Source: Pecten maximus (taxonomy: Eukaryota). From it: a stretch of 64,000 nucleotides of DNA. The stretch spans positions 31,372,001 through 31,436,000 of the forward strand of contig NC_047025.1 of the NCBI RefSeq assembly GCF_902652985.1, written 5' to 3'. Shown here piece by piece: positions 53,491 through 64,000 of this stretch. Made by a program: the position numbers and the translations under genes. Each line of letters starts with the position of its first letter. Position 1 is the first letter of the stretch. The notes under the pieces were generated by a model, which was not told the DNA's origin, did not search any database, and saw only the letters and a list, made by a program, of their open reading frames with translations.

Positions 53491-54045
53491 GCTTTGTTTT
53501 CCGCCGTCCCTGTTGATTATGTTGTAAAATCAAACGCTCTTAGGAGTTCTTCAAAACAATGATAATTAAACATTTATTTAGGTCTTCTTTATTTTCTCTG
53601 CTGAGCTTTCAAACTTTTGGCCACAAATATCTCTGACGAGTCGTCAAAGGGACGGAACAGTTGTGTGATATAGTAATATATTGATATTTCAGCACACACT
53701 GTATCGGTACTTAATTGATATTTAGAGGTGTTTTTAAATCTTAAATGTCTTTTTTACAGTACCATATATATAGATAGCTTCTATTTGCAAAAATAAAAGA
53801 TAATCTTACCAAATATCATGTTAACAATTTTTTACGGGAAAATATTGGTATAAGAAATGGTCATTAAGATGAACTTTGCAGACGCACAGAATATCACACC
53901 AAAGAGGTGTCTAGTTGTTTCAAATATTTACCATAACGCAATTATTGTTTCGACTCCAGATATTTTCTGTTTCGGTTTGTATATTTTTTATCTTGTATCT
54001 TAAACGATACCTCATCAATCTACTTTTCTATATTATAGTGCTATC

Positions 54046-55328
54046 ATGAATTGTTCGGAGCACGAGGACCAGCCTGTCGTCATGGTTTGTCAGACAGAAA
54101 TGTGAGACCTGTTTGGTTTGTGTCAACTGTATAGCTGGAGCACACAATAAACATGCACTGTCAACCCTGGTAAAGGTCGGGAAAAATGGAAAAGAAACGC
54201 CTCCAGGGCATATCCACGGCAAATATCAAATGCCTGGAAAACCAAAAAGAGAAACTAGAACGTATAAAGAACATGAAACACCAGACACGAGAATCTATTA
54301 AGACAGTACAAACATTACAAGAGAGGTTGGGGCTGATTCTTCTCACTGACGACTGGATAAAGATTATCCTGGAAGGGAAGGAAACGAAAACGAAACCAAC
54401 CATAGAAGATCTCACTACACTTCCTGGCACATCAACATCAACCGACGTTGAACAAGCATCAGATTGTGTGGGTAGCGTCTACAGGCACAAATCACTGGAA
54501 ACAGTCTCTTCTATTCCCCTCTCAAATAACTACAGTATCACATGTATTGCTCCTGTTAAAGAGAACAGTTTCTGGGCTATAATAAATAAAGAAATTCAGA
54601 TGTGCAAGAAACAAGGAATCATTAAAAATATCAGATATGGAACACAAATTCGTGGAATAGCCATTACAGTGTCTGATAAATTACTGGCAACATGCACTGA
54701 TGACAAATGTGTGAAGAAGATCACATCTGAAGGTAAACAGCTACATAGTTTTAGTACAGATCCTCTGATACCTAACCAACTATGTGTTGCAAGTAATGGT
54801 GACATTTTAGTTACGCTCGTTTCCTCGTTTGAGGATCCAATTCCGGAGACAGTTGGAGTAGTGAGTCGGTACACACCACAGGGAAAGAGGATGATCACGT
54901 TTGAGAGGGACCGATTTGGTAACACTATATGTCCTAAGTATGTAGCTGCTAGCCGAGTCTCTGACATGGTAGTGGTAACAACACACACTAACAACGATAG
55001 TGATGGCTGGTTTTATGGTCACGTGATGGTGATGACTGGGGACCTACAGGTGAAGTTTCGGTACCTCGGCGATGGCCAGTTCATATCTGGTGACCAACAG
55101 TTTCACCAAGAAAGTTCCACCAAGCACTTCAGTCCTGGTATCGACAGTAAGGACCACATCATACTTGGGGACATCAAATCAGGTAGTGTAGAGATTATAG
55201 ACAAACATGGACACAGACTTCAGTGTCTGGGGCAGGTCGATGGGATTAGTTACCTCACCGTTTCTATTGACGATCAGTTGTGGGTTGGACTGACCACGGG
55301 TCAAGTGCAGGTATACAAGTACACGTGA
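54046..55328 (+). pseudogene. B-box / short coiled-coil / NHL-type beta-propeller (TRIM-like) gene with two 5' frameshifts; a 380-aa propeller ORF stays open from 54186
   Basis: Acceptor TATTATAG at 54038 and ATG at 54046. The B-box CSEH...C(QK)CETCLVCVNCIAGAHNKH is restored by removing a CAGA duplication (54091-54098) and one A near 54182-54186. The downstream ORF has propeller motifs (IRGIAITVSDKLLAT, PNQLCVASNGDILVT, DDQLWVG). Confidence 0.75.
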
Positions 55329-55689
55329 ATCTAAACTTACCAGAAGCTGTTGTATCACGGTACATAAGTGCTTGTGTACTCCTAATCGGAAATCTACATT
55401 CAGTGAAGAATTCATATTCATTTACGTTTTCAGCACGGGTAGGAATAGATGATTATTTATATAGATTTAGTATTAATATAGATAGATTATTTAAAAGGGA
55501 TAATACTAGCGAAGAAAAAGAAACGCAAGTTTATTTTCGATAGTTATTATTCTACATGATTCTTTGATGATGTGTGCATGGTGTGGGTTTCTCGATTATT
55601 TCATCTTCACTGAATACATTATGATGCTTTTTGTTGTCCTATCACAATCGCTGTTAGCGTAAATACCGTTAAAACAAGGATGCCCTACG

Positions 55690-57083
55690 TCGTTTCCTGA
55701 TCCAAATCGGTAGCTTATGTGGCTATCCCTGGCACAGTCGCAGCTCTTATTCTCCTTAACATTGATGGGTGTTTAACCCCTGAGGGATATTCCACTCCTT
55801 AATAAGGACCTATGTGAGTTGAGCGACGTTATATGGGACATCGACGTGCTTTCTAACCCTTCTGTCTAGCTCCTCCAACAAATGCTCGATTTGGGACATA
55901 TTTGGAGTGTGTGTTGGTCAATCAAGAACTGGAATGTTGTTTAAAACCAGAAAGTCACAACAAACCCTAGCAACATGGGGCATCGCTTTGTCTTGCTGCA
56001 ACGTAAGGTTACGTTGATGGATAAGAGGAAGAACGTGTGGCCTCAAGACCTCATTCCGATATATTACTGCTGTAAGATTACTATCGATAACCACGAGAGG
56101 TGTTTTCATGCCTTGATATATCCCTGACCTTACCGAAACAGACCATCCACCGAATCTGTCGCTTTCCGTTACGCAAGCATCTGAATATCGCTCACCACGA
56201 CGTCGATAGACACGTTGTCGTCCATCTGACATGTACAGCGTAAAGCCAGACTCATCCGTGAACAACACGTGTCTCCAATGGGCCAAACGAAAGCCGATGA
56301 GGTGCAAGCAGCCACTACATTCCACGTTGACGCCGCCTCTGCGTAAGTGGCGGACCGACATAGGGACGTCGTGTCCTTAAATAAAACTCCGGCAACCGAT
56401 TTCTAACCAATCTTGATGGTTGGTTGACACAGTGTTAACACGCTTAACTTTCACCAAGGCGGCCGGGGTTCGATTTCCCGATCGGACGTGAAAAGGTATG
56501 AGGTCACCTGCCCGGCCACGTTGGGTTTCCCCAGGTACTCCGGTTTCCTCCCACAGCAAGACACCTCGCGCGCTTCTATCTGTGCCAAAAATCGTGATTA
56601 ATATAAGCTGGTATAACTTATTTCGCAATGGTTGTAAAATAAATAAAGTTGACATTTTTGACCGATCTTGGACAAAACTGGCCGACTATGAGTGCCGACA
56701 ACTTGACGTGCCGTCGCCGTCTGAAATCGGTTACGGAGGTTCGAGAATCGTACACCTCTATCTTGACGTCACGACGTAATGCGCGGGCGTCCACTCCTGG
56801 GACGGTCACCCCATCTCCTTGTGACTCTGATACGCCCAACTTAACGGGATATTGTTGTCTCATGTACACCATATAATGCGAATGCCCCTACAGTATCAGG
56901 GCAATGGCCCTACCCCTATCGACTTCACTCAAACGCAACATTTTGCTGTGCCATCGCTTCCAGAAGAAATGTTTTGTAACTGCTCTGTGCTGTTCCAATG
57001 AGTACCCCAGATGAACGCTTTCTTCGAAAATCTGCTGAAAGCTACAGCGTCGAGCAGGGTCACGGTCCACTGAATTTTAACGG
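55690..57083 (-). mobile_element. Degenerate Tc1/mariner transposon (DD34E-type), interrupted by a SINE
   Basis: MLRLSEVDRGRAIALI N-terminus, WRHVLFTDESGF, QQDKAMPHVAR and an IEHL-like segment near 55880. Frameshifted. Confidence 0.88.
56385..56650 (+). mobile_element. tRNA-derived V-type SINE inserted in the Tc1 relic
   Basis: B-box GGGTTCGATTTCCC, V-domain-like GGGTTTCCCCAGGTACTCCGGTTTCCTCCCAC, and an AATAAATAAAG tail. Confidence 0.75.
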
Positions 57084-60000
57084 GAGAACATTTTCACAAT
57101 TCACGGAGTTAGCTCAGTGTGACATTTATTATTTAATTGAATTTAGAAGACGTGTCTAAAAGTTATATTAGAAAAACCGAACTTCCTTTCCTTTTTTCCG
57201 CTATTATATATGTATTCATCGGGGGTTTTTTGTTTTTTTTTTAATCCTATGAAACAGAACGTAATGTTGTTTGCTTTAATAAACATCATCGATAGAAAAA
57301 AAATAGGCAAGGAATCACGATAAATATACAATTAGAAGTCCAGAAGACAAGATGATTTCTCATGTAAAGGATACTTCAGTGTTATATAGGAATATTTCGT
57401 ATGTTGACGCTATATTAGTGTTATCTTTAATAGTGTTATTAACATTTGAATATAATTTGAAACATAACGGACATGTTCTTAACTTAAGAATAAGTGTAAA
57501 AAGTTTATTCAAGGAAACCTACGTTCTATTTCGACCAATCGGGTTTGAGGGATCAGTTCAAACACAATACTAGTGTCACCGGTCAGTTCAAGATCAGATA
57601 GCTGACAATCAGTATATACAATTCAAGCTTCGAATTTTTTTGAATAGCTTGAATTTTTTCGAATGACAAGCACAATATGAAATATGATGTATAAGATGCA
57701 AATGAGTTAATGCAATTGTGTGAAAATATGATAAGCGTGATTCATTGAGTATTACTACATTATTGACAAAATGTTATTATTATTCATGCTTTAGTTATTT
57801 ATTATAATTTGTTAAATGTATTATCTGCGAGGAAACTGAATGTCTTTTTGACATGTTTACGGACGAATGCTTATTTTGATACGGAATAAACACATGAAAC
57901 GGAGAATTAATCGTGTATGTGATAATTTCTACATATGACACAGACAAAAGTGATTGCAAGACACGGCCGGTAAAACCCTTAAATGACTATATTAGAAAAA
58001 ATTAAATGATGGTTCGTTCGTTAACCAAGATTTTTAGTTTATATAGATAAAGGCAAACACTGACAGTTATATTCCAGATACTGAGTAAAAACCCTTACCT
58101 TGTCCAATTACTGAAGATTTGTTTTTATATCTCATCTAAATTAGGATACATTTTCAGACGGGAAACCCTTGTGGTAATTGAGCATTTTATTCCACTTTGA
58201 TGAGTTGAAGAGCAGACCTGTGAAACGAAGAAGTGCTATCAATAAATACAAAAACTGAAACTATTACATTATGCAATGTTTGAATATCAACAAAACTTAT
58301 ATATCTACGCAACACCTGGGGGTTCAGGTATACTCATACATCAAAACATTCACTTTTATCAATAACTTTCGTCTAAAACATTAATAAACTTCATAAGTTG
58401 AACAATTGTAGTTTATTTATGCATAAAAAGTACTAACCAATATTAGTCGATATTGTATACAAAAAAGTAGCTTAAAATTCAAGATGAGCAAACCGAAGAC
58501 TGTTCCATTTTCCTGATGTCAAAACAACGTTTTGCATAAGTATGTGTTTGTGTCAGTAGAAAGAGCATCGGGTAACTGGTCTCCCAACACTATTTATATC
58601 ATATATGTATTTTCTTTGTTTAAAATGAACTACGCGACTTCTCGAAAACGAAATGCTAGCTTATCAGTGAAATGTTTCCGTCTGATTTCTTATTAGACTC
58701 TCATTCGCAACAGCAATCCCGATCCTAAAGTTAGAGGACGCACTTATCCTCTTGTTATGAGGGTATTTTCCTTCAAAAATAGCAGGAGGATAAGTAGTAG
58801 TTTTGTGAATTATACACAGCGTCCCTTCTTCTCCAAACACAAATGGAGTTTTCAAAATTTTCCCAATTGCTGAGTGTTGATTGCCTACGTTTAAAATTCA
58901 AGACATGGATTCGAGAGACGGTGTTTTAAGAAAAGCTTAGAAAAGTTTAATAACGTCATCATGATCTGAATTAGAAATATTTGAAAATTTTCATATATGG
59001 TACGAAGATTGAAATGTTGGATACTTGTTAATATGATTGGCCATAGTTTTATTATTACTTCTTACTCCAGGAAATCCTTCCTCTTAAATATTTCTAACGC
59101 GAAACATTACAAGATTTAAGGATAGTTCCTTAACTACGATTTCCCCTGAAATCTGATAACGTTTTCTTTTGCAGTTTTCTAAGTTAGGAAAGTTGAAACC
59201 AGGGCTGGACGGTTTTGTTTGTCCTCATCTTGTTCTCATTTTGAGATCGTGCATTACCTGGATTAGAACTAGATTGACATTAAAGGTATCGTCGGTGAAG
59301 CAGAAAGTAGCTTCCCAGAACACCTGATGCCATTTTAAAATCGTTCTAAGATTGCTGTGTAAACATTTTGGTTCCTATATTGTCCCTTCTATCTTTCCGG
59401 AATTACAGCGTTAGGTGGACCTTCGGTAACATGTTGGTATTCTTTCGTTGATTATATCAAAAACAACAGAGATTACCATAAAATTAGGACAAAGTACAAA
59501 GGACAAAGACTTGTAGACCTTTGAAAAAGTGTTACGATGGAATGTACAAAACGAATAGGAATAAAATATGAAGTAATGAATAAAACTACATACAGAGATA
59601 ATTATATGATGATCATTATGATCATAAACACTCGGATACGTTATTCTTTTCGATGAAATAATATGCTCATTAAAAGAAAATATCAAAATCTATCTCAACG
59701 ATTTACATTGCGCTACTTTAATGGTTTACCGTGGATTAAATCAGCAGATAGGACGTAATTTTCAATGACGATTTTTCTGTAAATAATAACGATCAATACA
59801 TGTAATCTTAAATCTATAGTATCACAATTCAATTATAGTCAATGCAGAGTAACTCAATAAAAATCTTACATTTAAAAATCGTGTTGATAGATATTTACAT
59901 CGACAAGAGGTGTATATTGCTTAAAACATGTGTACCGTTGTATATAGTTTGAGAACATTTTCACAATTCACGGAGTTAGCTCAGTGTGACATGTATTATG

Positions 60001-62776
60001 TAATTGAATTTAGAAGACGTGTCTAAAAGTTATATTAGAAAAACCGAACTTCCTTTCCTTTTTTCCGCTATTATATATGTATTCATCGGGTTTTTTTTGT
60101 TTTTTTTTTAATCCTATGAAACAGAACGTAATGTTGTTTGCTTTAATAAACATCAACGATAGAAAAAAAATAGGCAAGGAATCACGATAAATATACAATT
60201 AGAAGTCCAGAAGACAAGATAATTTCTCATGTAAAGGATACTTCAGTGTTATATAGGAATATTTCGTATGTTGACGCTATATTAGTGTTATCTTTAATAG
60301 TGTTATTAACATTTGAATATAATTTGAAACATTACGGACATGTTCTTAAATTAAGAATAAGTGTAAAAAGTTTATTCAAGGAAACCTACGTTCCATTTCG
60401 ACCAATCGGGTTTGAGGGGTCAGTTCAAACACAATACTAGTGTCACCGGTCAGTTCAAGATCAGATAGCTGACGATCAACATATACAATTCAAGCTTCGA
60501 ATTTTTTTGAATAGCTTGAATTTTTTCGAATGACAAGCACAATAAGAAATATGATGTATAAGATGCAAATGAGTTAATGCAATTGTGTGAAAATATGATA
60601 AGCGTGATTCATTGAGTATTACTACATTATTGACAAAATGTTATTATTATTCATTCTTTAGTTATTTATCATAATTTGTTAAATGTATTATCTGCGAGGA
60701 AACTGAAGGTCTTTTTGACATGTTTACAGACGAATGCTTATTTTGATACGGAATAAACACATGAAACGGAGTCATCGTGTATGTGATAATTTCTACATAT
60801 GATACGGACAAAAGTGATTACAAGACATGGCCGGTAAAACCCTTAAATGACTATATTAGAAAAAATTAAAAGATGGTTCGTTCGTTTAACCAAGTTTTTT
60901 AGTTTATATAGATAAAGGCAAACACTGACCGTTATACTCCAGATACTGAGTAAAAACCCTTACCTTGTCCAATTACTGAAGATTTGTTTTTATATCTCAT
61001 CTAAATTAGGATACATTTTCAGACGGGAAACCCTTGTGGTAATTGAGCATTTTATTCCACTTTGATGAGTTGAAGAGCAGACCTGTGAAACGAAGAAGTG
61101 CTATCAATAAATACAAAAACTGAAACTATTACATTATGCAATGTTTGAATATCAACAAAACTTATATATCTACGCAACACCTGGGGGTTCAGGTATACTC
61201 ATACATCAAAACATTCACTTTTATCAATAACTTTCGTCTAAAACATTAATAAACTTCATTAGTTGAACAATTGTAGTTTATTTATGCATAAAAAGTACTA
61301 ATCCAATATTAGTCGATATTGCATACAAAAGTAGCTTAAGATTCAACATGAGTAAACGGAAGGCTGTTTTCCATTTTCCTGATGTCAAAACAACAATTTG
61401 CACAAGTACGTGTTTGTGTCAGTAGATAGAGCATCCGATAACTTGTGTCCCAACACCATATATATTATGTATTTTCTTTGTTTAAAATTAACTACCAGAC
61501 TTCCCGAAGACGAAATGCTAGCTTATCAGTGAAATGTTTTTTTCCGTCTGATTTCTTATTAGACTCTCATTCGCAACAGCAATCCCGATTCTAAACTTAG
61601 ATGACGCACTCATACTCTTGTTATGAGGGTATTTTTCTTCAGGAAAAACATATGGCATTTTCAGAATTTCCCCAATAACTGAGTGTTGATTTCTGCTTAC
61701 GTCAAAAATTCAAGACATGGATTCGAGAGACGTGTTTTAAGAAAAGCTTAGAGGATCTTTATATCGTTATCATGATCTTAATTGAAAATATCTAAAATTT
61801 TCCGTATGTGGTACGAAGATTGAAATATTGGATACTTGTTAATATGCCTGGCCATAGTTTTATCATTGCTTCTTACTCAAGGAAATCCTTCCTCTTAAAA
61901 TATTTCTAACGCCAAACATTACAAGATTTAAGGATAGTTCCTAAACTACGACTTTCCCTGAAATCTAATAACGTTTTCTTTTGCAGTTTTCTAAGTTAGG
62001 AAAGTTGAAACCGGGGCTGGACAGTTTAGTTTGTCATCATCTTGTTCTCATTTTGAGATCGTGCATTACCTGGATTAGAACTAGATTGACATTATCGGTG
62101 TCGTCGATGAAGCAGAAAATAGCTTCCCAAAACACCCGATGCCATTTTAAAATCGTTCAAAGATTGCTGTGTAAACATTTTTGTTCCTATCTTGTCCCTT
62201 CTATCTTGCCGGAATTACAGCGTTAGGTGGACCTTAGGTAACATGTTGGTATTCTTTCGTTGATTATATCAAAAACAACAGAGATTACCATAAAATTAGG
62301 ACAAAGTACAAAGGACAAAGACTTGTAGACATTTTGAAAAAGCGTTACGATGGAATGTACAAAACGAATAGAAGTAAAATATGAAGTAATGAATAAAACT
62401 ACATACAGAGATAATTATATGATGATCATTATGATCATAAACACTCGGATACGTTATTCTTTTCGATGAAATAATATGTTCATTAAAAGAAAATATCAAA
62501 ATCTAAAGTATGAAAGAAACTACATTATATTATCTCAACGATTTACATTGCACTGTTTTAATGGTTTACCGTGGGTTAAATCACCAGATTGGACGTAATT
62601 AATTACGATCAGTACATATAATCTAAATCTATAGTATCAATATTCAATTATAGTCAATGCAGAGTTATTCAATAAAAATCTTACATTTAAACATCGTGTT
62701 GATATATTTTACAGGTACGTCGACAAGACAAGAGGTGTATATTACTTCAAACATGTGTACCGTTGTATATAGTTTG
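57084..62776. repeat. Direct tandem duplication of ~2.87 kb (57084-59950 and 59951-62776)
   Basis: Both copies begin GAGAACATTTTCACAATTCACGG and end CGTTGTATATAGTTT. The ORF track shows paired near-identical ORFs (57143/60010, 57352/60246, 59411/62296). Confidence 0.95.
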
Positions 62777-64000
62777 ACCTCGACATTGGGACATAATACC
62801 CTCTCGGGTGTAGTTGGACTTTAATTCTGTACTCTATTTATGGAAGGGTATGTTTTCGCAGGAAGTAGTAGGAAATATCATTTGTTTATATCTACAATAG
62901 AGAAGACAAACACAGGTAAGTCAAAACATTTAAGTGAATGTTTCCATCAACTGCTACAAAACAAATGATCACCATAGTTTTACTATAGTTCAGGAAAACA
63001 ACATTCAAGTCTCAAGTTGTATACGAGGGGAACAACACACCTACCAAAGCTAAGGTAAATGTCCGATGTTTGTCAGTAGAGTAACTTCACGATAGCATAG
63101 CGATGGTGACATAATACATGTCTAGTCGTAGGTAAGCAACATATAACCCATGCAAACACTACCTCACGTAATCTTAGGTGTATTTGTCAGTTTATAATAC
63201 TCCGGAAAGGGGGAGGGGGTATATGGGATATGGAGTACCATTAACTATCGTCTAGTATTCACATACAAGATAACACAGGGGTCTATAAGAGCTTTGTACT
63301 TTTTCTTTATGTAGCTTCACCTCAGGTATAGATAACTGTACTTTTCAGTACAGTAATGTTCGACAAGGAGGCTATGGTATAATGACATTTCATTCCAAAG
63401 CCAAAATTAAATGCTTATTGTCCGCTTCCTTCAACAAGACCATACAAAGACAAATTGTTCGTAAAATTCACTATTCTTTATATAAATAAATTGAATTCTT
63501 GATATAAAATACATATTTTCTGATATAAGAATAACATCTTGAATAGCATCTTGCTACTACCTATTAAATATAAAAATAAAAATATGCTATGATATCAGAA
63601 AATCAGAAAAATTATTAATAAAGAGTAGGACATTGTCTAATAAATTTCCGATTTCGAAAAAAGAAAGGATTTGAGTTTATAGTATATGTACCAAAAATGA
63701 ATTTTTCATATAAAAAATCATTAGCTTTCGGTGATATCAAAACTTCGAACTTTTGAAAAAAAAATCATAATTTGATCAATTTTTTTCTGATGTCAACACT
63801 GCATATCAAATCATCCCCTATTGTTCGTAGGCAATCCAGATAAGCATGGTTACGAAAAAAAAACGATCTAGGTACGTCTAGTTATACCGATTCCATTTAT
63901 GTTGATCCTTAAACACTTACTGGTTGTCTGTCTCCACTGTTTATCGTCTCGGTAAATACTAGAACCATTCAATCATAGTAAAACATGTACATACAAATAT

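Noticed and set aside
56420-56490. tRNA gene
   Set aside because: A B-box is present but it continues into a SINE body and A-rich tail; there is no full cloverleaf.

Overview
AT-rich, intron-containing eukaryotic DNA. The gene and repeat content (HINE-type elements, V/Meta-type SINEs, Penelope, Tc1) suggests a mollusc, probably a bivalve; this is inference. I reconstructed four protein-coding genes by hand. A minus-strand signal peptide-CUB-LDLa gene (LRP3/10/12-like) runs off the left edge and faces away from a plus-strand tandem-BTB/BACK/Kelch gene. A complete 7-exon VAP gene (minus) and a complete 6-exon CFAP418/C8orf37 gene (plus) share a ~420-bp bidirectional promoter. Further right are a frameshifted B-box/beta-propeller (TRIM-NHL-like) gene, Gypsy, Penelope and Tc1 relics, and a 2.87-kb tandem duplication. 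The most unusual theme is that several tandem arrays are amplified copies of functional signals: about 42 copies of the CUB-LDLa gene's own exon end plus splice donor, 5 copies of a CAG|GTAAG donor, about 15 copies of a 147-bp unit carrying paired YY1 motifs, a GT-rich forkhead-motif array starting just after a poly(A)-signal candidate, and an array built from a hammerhead-ribozyme half-core. Most long ORFs in the supplied track are artefacts of these repeats. All coordinates and copy numbers were read by eye.
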